The position numbers and the translations under genes were made by a program. A stretch of DNA of 64,000 bases, taken from contig CATNEN010000003.1 of NCBI GenBank assembly GCA_950097015.1, positions 13,268,001 through 13,332,000 on the forward strand, in the 5' to 3' direction. Under the pieces are notes generated by a model. That model was not told where the DNA came from and made no database searches. It saw only the letters and a program-made list of their open reading frames with translations. Shown here piece after piece: positions 37,965 through 50,695 of this stretch (position 1 is the stretch's first letter; each line of letters opens with the position of its first letter). Origin of the DNA: Macrostomum hystrix. Lineage: Eukaryota; Animalia; Platyhelminthes.

Positions 37965-40900
37965 AGTGACAGATTCTGGTTAGAGTGACAGATTCTGGTT
38001 AGAGTGACAGAGTCAGGCTAGAGTGGCAGAGTCAGGCTAGAGTGACAGGAATCAGGCTAGAGTGACAGATTTTCAGGCTAAAGTGGCAGTCAGGCTAGAG
38101 TGGCAGATTCGGGCTAGAGTGACAAGAGTCAGGTTAGAGTGACAGTTTTTCATCCTAGAGTGACAGATTCGGGCTAGAGTGGCAGAGTCAGGCTAGAGTA
38201 ATGGATTAAGGCTAGAGTGACATATTTAGGCTAGAGTGGCAAAGTCATGCTAGAGTGACATATTCAGGCTAGAGTGACAGATTCAGGCTAGATTGACAGA
38301 TTCAGGCTAGATTGACAGATTCAGGCTAGAGTGACAGATTCAAGCTAGAGTGACAGATTCAGGCTAGATTGACAGATTCAGGCTAGAGTGACAGATTAAG
38401 GCTAGAGTGACAGATTAAGGCTAGAGTGACAGATTAAGGCTAGAGTGACAGATTCAGGCTAGAGTGACAGATTCAGGCTAGAGTGACAGATTTTCATGCT
38501 AGAGTGACAGATTCAGGCTAGAGTGACAAGATTCAGGCTAGAGTGACAGATTCAGGCTAGATTGACAGGTTCAGGCTAGAGTGATAGATTCAGGCTAGAG
38601 TGACAGATTCAGGCTAGAGTGACAGATTCAGGCTAGAGTGACAGGTTCAGGCTAGAGTGACAGGTTCAGGCTAGAGTGATAGATTCAGGCTAGAGTGACA
38701 GATTCAGGCTAGAGTGACAGATTCAGGCTAGATTGACAGGTTCAGGCTAGAGTGACAGATTCAGGCTAGAGTAACAGATTCAGGCTAGAGTGACAGATTT
38801 AAGCTAGAGTGACAGATTCAGGCTAGAGTGACAAGATTCAGGCTAGAGTGACAGATTCAGGCTAGAGTGACAGATTCAGGCTAGAGTGACAGATTCAGGC
38901 TAGAGTGACAGATTCAGGCTAGAGTGACAGATTCAGGCTAGAGTGACAGATTTAAGCTAGAGTGACAGATTCAGGCTAGAGTGACAAGATTCAGGCTAGA
39001 GTGACAGATTCAGGCTAGATTGACAGATTCAGGTTAGAGTGACATATTCAGGCTAGAGTGACATATTCAGGCTAGAGTGACAAGATTCAGGCTAGAGTGA
39101 CAGATTCAGGCTAGAGTGACAGATTCAGGCTAGAGTGACAGATTTAAGCTAGAGTGACAGATTCAGGCTAGAGTGACAAGATTCAGGCTAGAGTGACAGA
39201 TTCAGGCTAGAGTGACAGATTCAGGCTAGAGTGACAGATTCAGGCTAGAGTGACAGATTCAGGCTAGAGTGACAGATTAAGGCTAGAGTGACAGATTCAG
39301 GCTAGAGTGACAGATTCAGGCTAGAGTGACAGATTTTCATGCTAGAGTGACAGATTCAGGCTAGAGTGACAAGATTCAGGCTAGAGTGACAGATTCAGGC
39401 TAGATTGACAGGTTCAGGCTAGAGTGATAGATTCAGGCTAGAGTGACAGATTCAGGCTAGAGTGACAGATTCAGGCTAGAGTGACAGATTCAGGCTAGAG
39501 TGACAGGTTCAGGCTAGAGTGACAGGTTCAGGCTAGAGTGATAGATTCAGGCTAGAGTGACAGATTCAGGCTAGAGTGACAGATTCAGGCTAGATTGACA
39601 GGTTCAGGCTAGAGTGACAGATTCAGGCTAGAGTAACAGATTCAGGCTAGAGTGACAGATTTAAGCTAGAGTGACAGATTCAGGCTAGAGTGACAAGATT
39701 CAGGCTAGAGTGACAGATTCAGGCTAGAGTGACAGATTCAGGCTAGAGTGACAGATTCAGGCTAGAGTGATAGATTCAGGCTAGAGTGACAGATTCAGGC
39801 TAGAGTGACAGATTTAAGCTAGAGTGACAGATTCAGGCTAGAGTGACAAGATTCAGGCTAGAGTGACAGATTCAGGCTAGATTGACAGATTCAGGTTAGA
39901 GTGACATATTCAGGCTAGAGTGACATATTCAGGCTAGAGTGACAAGATTCAGGCTAGAGTGACAGATTCAGGCTAGAGTGACAGATTCAGGCTAGAGTGA
40001 CAGATTTAAGCTAGAGTGACAGATTCAGGCTAGAGTGACAAGATTCAGGCTAGAGTGACAGATTCAGGCTAGAGTGACAGATTCAGGCTAGAGTGACAGA
40101 TTCAGGCTAGAGTGACAGATTCAGGCTAGAGTGACAGATTCAGGCTAGAGTGACAGATTTAAGCTAGAGTGACAGATTCAGGCTAGAGTGACAAGATTCA
40201 GGCTAGAGTGACAGATTCAGGCTAGATTGACAGATTCAGGTTAGAGTGACATATTTAGGCTAGAGTGACATATTCAGGCTAGAGTGACAAGATTCAGGCT
40301 AGAGTGACATATTTAGGCTAGAGTGGCAGAGTCAGGCTAGAGTGACAGATTCAGGCTAGAGTGACATATTCAGGCTAGAGTGACAGATTCAGGCTAGATT
40401 GACAGATTCAAGCTAGAGTGACATATTCAGGCTAGAGTGACATATTCAGGCTAGAGTGACAAGATTCAGGCTAGAGTGACAGAGTCAGGCTAGAGTGGCA
40501 GAGTCAGGCTAGAGTGACAGATTCAGGCTAGAGTGACAGATTCAAGCTAGAGTGGCAGAGTCAGGCTAGAGTGGCAGAGTCAGGCTAGAGTGGCAGAGTC
40601 AGGCTAGAGTGACAGAGTCAGGCTAGAGTGGCAGAGTCAGGCTAGAGTGGCAGAGTCAGGCTAGAGTGGCAGAGTCAGGCTAGAGTGACATATTCAGGCT
40701 AGAGTGACAGATTCAGGCTAGAGTGACAGATTAAGGCTAGAGTGACAGATTAAGGCTAGAGTGACAGATTAAGGCTAGAGTGACAGATTCAGGCTAGAGT
40801 GACAGATTCAGGCTAGAGTGACAGATTCAGGCTAGAGTGACAGATTAAGGCTAGAGTGACAGATTAAGGCTAGAGTGGCAGAGTCAGGCTAGAGTGACAT

Positions 40901-41085
40901 ATTCAGGCTAGAGTGGCAGAGTCAGGCTAGAGTGGCAGAGTCAGGCTAGAGTGGCAGAGTCAGGCTAGAGTGGCAGAGTCAGGCTAGAGTGACAGATTCA
41001 GGCTAGAGTGACATATTCAGGCTAGAGTGACATATTCAGGCTAGAGTGGCAGATTCAGTCTAGAGTGACATATTTAGAGTGATAG
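37965..41085. repeat. 19-bp unit GAGTGACAGATTCAGGCTA array, about 3.1 kb, with a higher-order duplication of about 0.85 kb
   Basis: Diagnostic variants TTTTCATG at 38491/39334 and GTAAC at 38771/39633. Confidence 0.97.
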
Positions 41086-42583
41086 AGTAATAATATATTC
41101 AGAGTGCAATGCGGTTTAGTTTTTTGAGTCAAACTGAAGGGATTTCAAACCGCGTCCAGCAATTCTAGAATATCAGAGGCTAATTGTCAAGGACGCACAA
41201 TCAGTGACTCCTGGCGCATAGTTTAACAAACCAACTATAATAATGCAGCAAACCTATGAACGATAGTTAAACAGCTTAGTGAAAGTTAGTTGTGCAGCTA
41301 GAGTGGAGTCAACCAGCTAGTATTTTGCACTGTGCATGGAAAGTGCTAATATTTATGGCATAACACTATCTATCTGGACAAGAGCCTATATAGATGAGCT
41401 CTCTTTGTGTTAAAAATCTACTGGCTTTTGTTTCAAGTCAGTTTTTCTCTTCTCTCTCTTCCCGCCTAAATTGCGTTTTCCCTTTTGTTTTATTCATTGC
41501 AGCGCCTATACGTTAATGACTCTAGCGTTCGTGACTATTTAGACTATGTTAGATAGACTGGTTTTTAAGGACAAACAGCTAACCATGTAGACATAAGATT
41601 GATGATGCATTTTAGCCATTATACTAAAATAAAAATTATCGGAGGAATGAACATTTTCTCTCTCTGTAAAGCTTTGATGTAGAAAGTGAGAGAAGGAGAG
41701 ATAGAATGACAGTACAGGGGCATACAGGGGCGATTCTAGCTGTGCTCCGTTTTTTAAATTGATTAGACCCTCTAGGAGATTTGCGTCTGTGTTTGAGTCT
41801 CTGTGCCTCTGTGTGTGTGGACTAGCGATAATCCAATGGATTTGAAATATCGTACCTCTCTCTTTTCTCTCCATCTCCTGTCTGTATCTGTCCGTTGACG
41901 GGATTAAAATTCTTCGGCGCGTCCCTAAATCTCGAAATTTCAAATCCTAACACAAAAAACTGATAGAATCTTTCTCAAGGTCGAAAAAACAGTGTCTCTC
42001 ATAGGACGCGCATTTCACAGCTGTAACTAAGCAGAAAATATAGTTATTTATTTAGGTTTGTGCAAGTTATATTTTCCTCCGAAGGCGGAGTTCAGCTGGC
42101 AGTTTTCTTGGAAAAATGCTTTGTCATGCTAATGTTTCGCATATGTTTTATCTTAGTGTCGTAGTTAGGCAGTGTGGGTGCATGCGTATTGTAATAAAAT
42201 ATATTTTACACTCGCATAGCTGAATGCAATATGAGATGAGAGTTGACTCAATCTGCCATGATAAGATGCAGAAAGCAAAAATAAGCATCTATGTGTGATG
42301 GAAGATAAGGTTTGTTTTGCTCTCTCAGTCTTATCATATTCCCCACTCTTAGCTGGCCTCTCCAACTCTACTCTACTATGCAATGCCTTCTATACAACCG
42401 AACCAGAATATACCCCTCTCATTTATTCTGTACAGTCGCTGGTTGTGTGGACAAATAGATTTCGATTACGAGGGAAAAATAGTTAGTAATTTATTTAGTC
42501 TTGCGGTCATGTTTCCCTCTGGCTGGTGGAGTTCCGGTGGAAGTACTAGCGTACAGCCCGATGGCACAACTATTGAATGATGG

Positions 42584-42932
42584 TAATAAATAATAATAGT
42601 TGTTGGAGAGTTGCGGGCAATGGCACATCATTTGGTGACACTAGACCTGCCCATCATTTCGCTGACTCCTGAGCACACACGCACACAGATACCGTACGCA
42701 GGCACACGCTCACACAGGTGTCTACATCTTCCCTGACATTCTCATCGTCAGGCAGCGTACACTCTCACTGTGCCTTGCTGGTTGGCCCTCAAGGGCGTAA
42801 ATTGCATGACAAGTCCCCAAGCCTTCTCTCCGTGGCTGCGCCCAAAATGAATGTGGCCTCGCCGAGGAATCGAACTCATGGAATTTGGTGCAAGAGGCAA
42901 CCGTGTTAAGACCGCTCTGCCACTCACCCCTG
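42584..42932 (-). mobile_element. tRNA-derived SINE, near full length
   Basis: Minus strand A-box TGGCAGAGCGG, B-box GTTCGATTC, shared body, (ATT)n tail; three other copies in window. Confidence 0.88.
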
Positions 42933-43789
42933 TGTACAGCTCCTAAGTCCATGGACTGGAAAGGTCGCACGCTAGTACACATTACATTATGAGGACCTGC
43001 AGTGACATTGGAGAGGAAAAAGAGCAAAGAAGAAGTCAAACCCAAACCGGATCAACAGAAGAACAGTTGGACAGAAGTCGAAGAAATGGGTCGGCTTTTT
43101 TTACATCCCCTCCACTCCCACTGTCTTTCTCCCTGTAACATCCCATCCCTTCTCAAATCCCTAATCCCCAAGGCCTCCTCCGCCCGCGTCGCGCATCCTC
43201 ACCCCTGCGCCCTCTCGTCTCCAACTCGTCTATCTGTCCTGTCGGGATTGTGTGTAGATGGTTACTGCTACTTTAGGCCTATAAGCCTGTCTTGTTCAAT
43301 TCGGCCAACCAGTGTTGCCACCTTGGCTTCCCTTTGCATGCTTCGACCTTAATCCCTTTGAAAAGCTTGGGCTGAAATCTGTTTCTTATTCTTAATCAGT
43401 TCTAATCATTTGTATTGCTTCTTTATAATAAAAAGAGAAATCATGTCGAAAACCTATTTGCAACTTGTTGGGTAAGTTAGATTCATGTGCGCATGTATTA
43501 ACATGTATTAGAAGTTAGCTCGTCATTTGCACCTTTGGCTAGCCTGTGTGTCGCGTGTGTGTTTATGTATGCGTTGGGAGCATTTCCTTGCCGCGTGCTC
43601 AAATTTCCATTAGGCTGACTGTTTAGCTAACACACTCGGCAACCATGTCTCTCTCTGTGTGTGTGCTATGCGGGGCTAGATTGAAAGGAAATCAAAGGAG
43701 ACAATCCGTCAGTGTTTGGACCTTGATTAGCATTAACTTGACTGAGTATTAAGATTATAAGAATTATGGTAGTTATTGAGTGACGGAGG

Positions 43790-44510
43790 GTAGAGTGGTA
43801 GAGTTTGTGAGGGTAGAGTGGTAGAGTTTATGGGGGTAGGGGTAGAGTTTATGAGGGGTAGGGTGGTAGAGTTTATGAGGGGTAGGGTGGTAGAGTTTAT
43901 GAGGGGTAGGGTGGTAGAGTTTATGAGGGGTAGGGTGGTAGAGTTTATGAGGGGTAGGGTGGTAGAGTTTATGAGGGGTAGGGTGGTAGAGTTTATGAGG
44001 GGTAGGGTGGTAGAGTTTATGAGGGGTAGGGTGGTAGAGTTTATGAGGGGTAGGGTGGTAGAGTTTATGAGGGGTAGGGTGGTAGAGTTTATGAGGGGTA
44101 GGGTGGTAGAGTTTATGAGGGGTAGGGTGGTAGAGTTTATGAGGGGTAGGGTGGTAGAGTTTATGAGGGGTAGGGTGGTAGAGTTTATGAGGGGTAGGGT
44201 GGTAGAGTTTATGAGGGGTAGGGTGGTAGAGTTTATGAGGGGTAGGGTGGTAGAGTTTATGAGGGGTAGGGTGGTAGAGTTTATGAGGGGTAGGGTGGTA
44301 GAGTTTATGAGGGGTAGGGTGGTAGAGTTTATGAGGGGTAGGGTGGTAGAGTTTATGAGGGGTAGGGTGGTAGAGTTTATGAGGGGTAGGGTGGTAGAGT
44401 TTATGAGGGGTAGGGTGGTAGAGTTTATGAGGGGTAGGGTGGTAGAGTTTATGAGGGGTAGGGTGGTAGAGTTTATGAGGCCAAGAGTGGTAGAGTTTAA
44501 TGAGGGGTAG
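43790..44510. repeat. 24-bp unit GGGTGGTAGAGTTTATGAGGGGTA array, nearly perfect
   Basis: About 26 identical copies. Confidence 0.97.
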
Positions 44511-44692
44511 ATTAGTCTAGTTTTTTCGGGCAGGCGTGGAGTGGTAGTGTTTAGCATGGTTGATTGCACAGATATGTCAGATTTTGTATACCAAAGTCAC
44601 TAGCCAACTGCCAAATAAGGCTTATTAAGAAAGTGACCAACAAGTTGGTTTCGTTTATAAATGCATGGCCTCTCTAAATTTTCCTGTCGCAG

Positions 44693-44809
44693 CTACCTGT
44701 CACTGGCTGCCAACCATTCGGCTAGCCGCAGTTTACCAGCTAGCAATGCAACAGCAGCAGCAGCAGTCGTTGTGGAAAGCCAGCGCTCTTTGCCTCAGCC
44801 TCTACAGTT

Positions 44810-44848
<39 letters not shown>

Positions 44849-45031
44849 GCCAGCCAGTGTGTCGATTCCTTCAGCTGATCACCAACAGCCGCCAATCGGG
44901 CGGCCAGAAATGCTTGACAGCGGCCAAACTGATCGAGTACTGACCGCGACTAATCAAGGATCAGATAGCGACTGTGGGTCGGCTATTGTCGATTTAGTGA
45001 CCGATGTTGATCATCCGGATCGATTGTTGAG
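44693..45031 (+). CDS. KLHL5: Kelch-like gene exon (N-terminal low-complexity region to DHPDRLLR)
   Basis: TTTCCTGTCGCAG| acceptor; phase-2 donor AG|GTAAAT joins the BTB exon in frame. Confidence 0.75.
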
Positions 45032-45099
45032 GTAAATAAGACTGAGTGATTCTGCTTATGCTCTTTGTTAATGCCAATTTCGATTACCTGACTTCACTG

Positions 45100-45375
45100 T
45101 AGGTTCATCCCTGACCCACTGTGACCCACGTAGATTCACCCCTGACCCACTGTAACCCAGGCAGGTTTACACTGACCTATTGTGACCCAGGTAGGTTTAC
45201 ACTGACCTATTGTGACCCAGGTAGGTTTAGCCTGACCCATTGTGACCCAGGTAGGTTTAGCCTGACCCATTGTGACCCGGGTAGGTTCATCCCTGACCCG
45301 TTGGGACCCGGGTAGGTTCATCCCTGACCCATTGTGACCAAGGTAAGTTTATTCCTGACCCATTCGGACCCAAAT
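45100..45375. repeat. 30-bp unit CTGACCCATTGTGACCCAGGTAGGTTTAGC array
   Basis: Contains CAGGTAGGT donor-like motifs. Confidence 0.92.
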
Positions 45376-45390
45376 TGTAAATTTGCAGTA

Positions 45391-45796
45391 CCCTGACCAA
45401 AGTTGCATCACCCTGACCAAAGTTGCATCACCCTGACCAAAGTTGCATCACCCTGACCAAAGTTGCATCACCCTGACCAAAGTTGCATCACCCTGACTAA
45501 AGTTGCATCACCCTGACCAAAGTTGCATCACCCTGACCAAAGTTGCATCACCCTGACCAAAGTTGCATCACCCTGACCAAAGTTGCATCACCCTGACCAA
45601 AGTTGCATCACCCTGACCAAAGTTGCATCACCCTGACCAAAGTTGCATCACCCTGACCAAAGTTGCATCACCCTGACCAAAGTTGCATCACCCTGACCAA
45701 AGTTGCATCACCCTGACCAAAGTTGCATCACCCTGACCAAAGTTGCATCACCCTGACCAAAGTTCCATCACCCTGACCAAAGTTGCATCACCCTGA
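45391..45796. repeat. 20-bp unit CCCTGACCAAAGTTGCATCA array
   Basis: About 20 copies ending about 17 bp before the acceptor at 45813. Confidence 0.97.
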
Positions 45797-45813
45797 TCAC
45801 TAACACTGTGCAG

Positions 45814-46109
45814 ACAAATGGCCGCCTGCTGGTCAGAAGAAGCCCTCACTGACGTCACTCTGATCGCATTCGCCTCTGGCGACAATAGCATCGGCGAAGT
45901 GGCGACCTCCGCCCAGGCCGATGGCAGCAGCTGCGGCGGCGGTGGCGACTGCCTTCGCATTCCGGCTCACAAGCTGGTGCTAAGCGCAGGTTCGGACTAT
46001 TTCCGGGCCATGTTCCAGGGCCGCATGAGCGAAGCCGCCGCCTCTGAGGTGGCCCTGCACGATGTCGAACCAGAGGCTCTGCGACAGTGCGTCAGCTTCC
46101 TCTATACGG
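45814..46109 (+). CDS. KLHL5: Kelch-like gene BTB exon
   Basis: TDVTL...IPAHKLVLSAGSDYFRAMF...FLYTG; phase-1 donor G|GTGCGC. Confidence 0.9.
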
Positions 46110-46129
46110 GTGCGCTTCCGATACTGCTG

Positions 46130-46840
46130 GCTATCTACCTGTCCTCACTAGCTATCTACCTGTCCTCTCTTGCTGTCTGCCTGTCCTCTATTGTTATCTA
46201 CCTGTCCTCTATTGTTATCTACCTGTCCTCACTAGCTATCTACCTGTCCTCTCTTGCTGTCTGCCTGTCCTCTATTGTTATCTACCTGTCCTCTATTGCT
46301 ATCTACCTGTCCTCACTAGCTATCTACCTGTCCTCTCTTGCTGTCTGCCTGTCCTCTATTGTTATCTACCTGTCCTCTATTGTTATCTACCTGTCCTCAC
46401 TAGCTATCTACCTGTCCTCTCTTGCTGTCTGCCTGTCCTCTATTGTTATCTACCTGTCCTCACTAGCTATCTACCTGTCCTCTCTTGCTGTCTGCCTGTC
46501 CTCTATTGTTATCTACCTGTCCTCTATTGTTATCTACCTGTCCTCACTAGCTATCTACCTGTCCTCTCTTGCTGTCTGCCTGTCCTCTATTGTTATCTAC
46601 CTGTCCTCACTAGTTATCTACCTGTCCTCTCTATCTACCTGTCCTTTCTTGCTATCTACCTGTCCTCTGTTGCCATCTACCTGTCCTCTATTGCTATCTA
46701 CCTGTCCTCTGTTGCTATCTACCTGTCCTCTCTTGCTATCTACCTGTCCTCTCTAGCTATCTATCTGTCCTTTCTAGCTATCTACCTGTCCTCTCTAGCT
46801 ATCTATCTGTCCTCTCTAGCTATCTACCTGTCCTCTATCT
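46130..46840. repeat. 21-bp unit GCTATCTACCTGTCCTCTCTT array
   Basis: Starts about 20 bp after the donor. Confidence 0.96.
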
Positions 46841-47082
46841 TTCTACCTGTTTTCATTATTTTCGAAACTGTCTTCTTTATGTCTCTATCTATCTTATCTG
46901 TCCATATGCCTGTCCTATCTATGTCTGTCTGTCTCTCTGGCAGTATTTTTATCACTTGCATCTTTTATACATATAGGAGCTAATTTTCTATCCACAGTCA
47001 CTAACAGTTTTTTGCCATGCTGAATCTAAAGCACCATATACAGTCGATACATTCCGTATCAGCCTTCCATAAACTTTTTCAG

Positions 47083-48137
47083 GCAGTCTTCAGCTAGGCC
47101 AGGACAATGTGGAATCGCTACTGTCAGCGGCTTGCCTACTGCAGATCAAACCAATCATTGATGCCGCTTCTCACTATTTGGCTAAACAGTTGCACTCTTC
47201 AAACTGTTTAGGCATTGGACAATTTGCTAGCCTTAGAAATTGTGCCAAACTACACGCCGACGCAATGAACTACGCATTGGCTAATTTTCAATCGGTATTA
47301 ATGCATCAAGAATTCTTAGCTTTATCACCCGATGAACTATTATCATTGATCAGTTCCGATCAACTCAGAGTATCAAATGAGTCCATTGTATTCGAAGCCA
47401 TTGTCAAATGGTCGGAATCAGATGTATTGCAGAGGCGACAAGAATTTCCTAGAATATTATCAGCTGTTCGCCTGTGCCAACTGAAAGCAGACTATCTGGC
47501 TAGCAGGGTGGAATGTCACCCTCTTGTTGGCGACAGTGCTAATTGTCTTCGCCAAATTCTGCAAGCCTATAGGCATAGAAATCTGCCGGGAACTGAACTG
47601 CAGTTGAGACACGTCTGTCCTAGACCAAGATTATCTACAGTGGGGAGGTTCTTGCTGCTTGGCGGTGTGGCCGAGGCACCGATGACTGAAATCTTGGCCT
47701 ACGATCCGTACACTGACGAATGGCGGCCTTGCGGGCATCTAGATAGTCCCCGGCTGCAATTTGGTGTAGCCTGCCTGCCGGACAATCGCATTGTTGTTGT
47801 CGGCGGTCGGGACGGTTTGAAGACTAGCAGTTCGGTGATTTGCGCCGATCTAAGCGGCATTGACGGCAACGGACCGCCTGTAGCTTGGACTAGTCTGCAG
47901 AGCATGAACACTCACAGACACGGCCTTGGAGTTGGCATCCTGTCAGGTGTTGTATACGCTGTCGGCGGTCACGACGGTTGGTCCTATTTGAACACGGTTG
48001 AACGATGGGATATTGGGGCTAAATCTTGGTCCTATGTTAGCCCAATGTCGCTGCCTAGATCCACAGTTGGTGTTGCCGCATTGCACGGTAGATTATATGC
48101 TGTTGGCGGACGAGACGGGTCTTCGTGTTTGAAAACT
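47083..48137 (+). CDS. KLHL5: Kelch-like gene BACK domain plus kelch repeats 1-4 exon
   Basis: VGGRDGLKT, THRHGLGV, VGGHDGWSYLNTVERWD, RSTVGVA and GGRDGSSCLK are KLHL1/4/5 signatures; TTTTTCAG| acceptor, ACT|GTGAGT donor. Confidence 0.93.
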
Positions 48138-48189
48138 GTGAGTTGGATTTTTAGTTTTGGGATCATTTTTTTATCATTATTCATTTTTT

Positions 48190-48345
48190 TTAGTTCTAGA
48201 AATCCCATTAGTTCTAGAAGTCACATTAGTTCTAGAAATCCCATTAGTTCTAGAAATCCCATTAGTTCTAGAAATCCCATTAGTTCTAGAAGTCACATTA
48301 GTTCTAGAAATCCCATTAGTTCTAGAAATCCCAGAAATCCCATCG
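48190..48345. repeat. 18-bp unit CATTAGTTCTAGAAATCC array
   Basis: Inside the 350-bp last KLHL intron. Confidence 0.93.
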
Positions 48346-48487
48346 ATTCTGGAAAGCTAAATTTTTTTCATTCAAAAAAATCCAAAATAGCATAAATTCT
48401 AAAAATCCCAATCATTTATGGGATTTCTAAAATGCTAAAATTTGGTTTATCCCTTGCAAAAAATCCCATTATCTGTCTTCCCCAAAG

Positions 48488-48895
48488 GTTGAGAGCTTCG
48501 ACCCGCACAGCCAGCGCTGGTCCCTCTGCGCTCCCCTACTCAAGCGTCGAGGCGGCGCCGGCGTCGCCACTCTAGGCGATCACATCTACGCCGCCGGCGG
48601 ACACGACGCCCCGAGTTCGAATCCCAACGCCAGGCGATTCGCCTGCGTCGAGCGCTACGACCCCCTGACAGACCAGTGGACTCTGCTGGCCTCGCTGAGC
48701 TCGCCAAGAGAAGCTGCCGCCGTAGGCGCTCTCGGCAGCCTGCTGGTTGTCTGCGGCGGCTACGACGGCTCGAACCATTGCGACAGCGTCGATCTGTACG
48801 ACCCGACAACTGATCGATGGAGTCGCGGCGCTCGCCTGCCTAACGGCCGGGCCGGAGCTGCCGCTGTGGCTTTCTTGTCGGCGTCTAACCAGTAA
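48488..48895 (+). CDS. KLHL5: Kelch-like gene last exon (VESFDPHSQRW...KRRGGAGV...GGHDAP...VERYDPLTDQW...GRAGAAAVAFLSASNQ*)
   Basis: Hand translation, not in ORF track; AAG| acceptor, phase 0; matches KLHL1/4/5 C-terminal kelch repeats. Confidence 0.92.
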   Translation, partial: VESFDPHSQRWSLCAPLLKRRGGAGVATLGDHIYAAGGHDAPSSNPNARRFACVERYDPLTDQWTLLASLSSPREAAAVGALGSLLVVCGGYDGSNHCDSVDLYDPTTDRWSRGARLPNGRAGAAAVAFLSASNQ

Positions 48896-48944
48896 CTGGA
48901 CTTCAGCTGGTGTGCCTCACTCTTGTACAGTAGTTACTTATCGC

Positions 48945-49500
48945 CTGACACTCTGATTAATCATCTGACACAAGTTTTCTATTAGTCTGACAAATTATAG
49001 TCGTCTGACACAATAATTAATCGTCTGACACAAAAATTATAATCGTCTGACACAATAATTATTCGTCTGACACAAAAATAATAATCGTCTGACACACTAA
49101 TTATTCGTCTGACACAGAAATAATAATCGTCTGACACAATAATTATTCGTCTGACACAGAAATAATAATCGTCTGACACAATAATTATTCGTCTGACACA
49201 ATAATTATAATAGTCTGTCTGACACAAGAGTTTTATTAGTCTGACATAAATTATAGTCGTCTGACACATAAATTATAATAGTCTGACACACGATTTCTAA
49301 TCATCTGACACAAGATTTCTAATCATCTGACACACAATTTCTAATCATCTGACACACAATTTCTAATCATCTGACACACAATTTCTAATCATCTGACACA
49401 CAATTTCTAATCATCTGACACAAGATTTCTAATCATCTGACACACAATTTCTAATCATCTGACACACAATTTCTAATCATCTGACACACGATTTCTAACA
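48945..49500. repeat. 21/22-bp unit TCTGACACACAATTTCTAATCA array
   Basis: Starts about 50 bp after the KLHL stop. Confidence 0.94.
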
Positions 49501-50159
49501 TCTGTCTCTAACTGTTATATTATCCGTCATGCAGTTGATTGGTTATTTGGATCAAATCCTTAAAAGGCACAAAATTGCAAGATTCTGTCTAGTTTTTCTA
49601 GTTTAGTCTGTTTGTGTGTTTAGTCATATTTATTCTGCAGCTGAAGTTGGTTGTAAATAGTTTTAGCTGACGTAAAATATTTATTTTTTTTAATCTTAGC
49701 TGCATCTCATATTCAGAAACTCATAACTCACAAAGTTTCGTTATTTTATTATTTTTTAACAACAGAAGTTGATTTAATGTTTGTAAATTATTTCATTATC
49801 TTAAAATGGACCTAAACTGTAGATCTTTGTTTTTTTACTTGAGTGTTTAATGTGCTCCCAGCTCTTTGTACTCATACCCTGCTGTTTTATTTATAATCCT
49901 TTAAATATTTCAATTTAAAAAATCTAAATTAATTGTTTTCATTTTAATTTTTTTTCCACTATCTAGTTGGTTTCACTTTAGTTTCATAGCGATATTGAAA
50001 TTAGAGATTTATATGAACAGAACAATTAATGATTCTAATAAAAAATTATAACTATTTATCTTGACTTAAATTTATTTTTTCTTGCATTACTGTAAGCCTA
50101 GTGTTTTCCTAATCTCTAATTGATACAATTAACTTCTCAAATTATCCTTATCCCTATCT

Positions 50160-50415
50160 TTATGAGATCTCCCGCATATCTCCATGAGATCTCTCCTTTA
50201 TCTCCATGAGATCTCTCCTTTATTCTCCATGAGATCTCTCCTTTATCCTCCATGAGATTTCTCCTTTATCCTCCATGAGATTTCTCCTTTATTCTCCATG
50301 AGATCTCTCCTTTATCCTCCATGAGATCTCTCCTTTATTCTCCATGAGATCTCTCCTTTATCCTCCATGAGATCTCTCCTTTATCCTCCATGAGATCTCT
50401 CCTTTATTGTCCATG
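50160..50415. repeat. 23-bp unit CTCCATGAGATCTCTCCTTTATY array
   Basis: Direct periodicity. Confidence 0.94.
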
Positions 50416-50695
50416 TGGAATTTCTTTCTTCATTGTGTATTTTTAGGACATTTTAGCCTACAAATGAAAGTGTCGGTAAAAATTTTAAATTATATTAACT
50501 CAATTCATCAATCAGCAATTCAACTAAGATATAACTAACTATATAATTGCGTATTTGTTCTCATAGTGATTAAGGAGGCTGCATATAGCTGTATGTTTGT
50601 AACCTAAAAAATATTTTCTTGCCTTTTTCTGTGTGGTGTGGATGTGGCAGCTGTGGTACTTGTTATACTTGAGAGCCGAGGCTTAGAGAGAAATC

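Noticed and set aside
43790-44510. Telomere-like G-rich repeat
   Set aside because: 24-bp unit without canonical TTAGGG; internal location
46110-46983. Hydrophobic multi-TM-looking extension of the BTB ORF
   Set aside because: Intronic 21-bp repeat; splicing at 46109 restores the canonical BTB-BACK sequence
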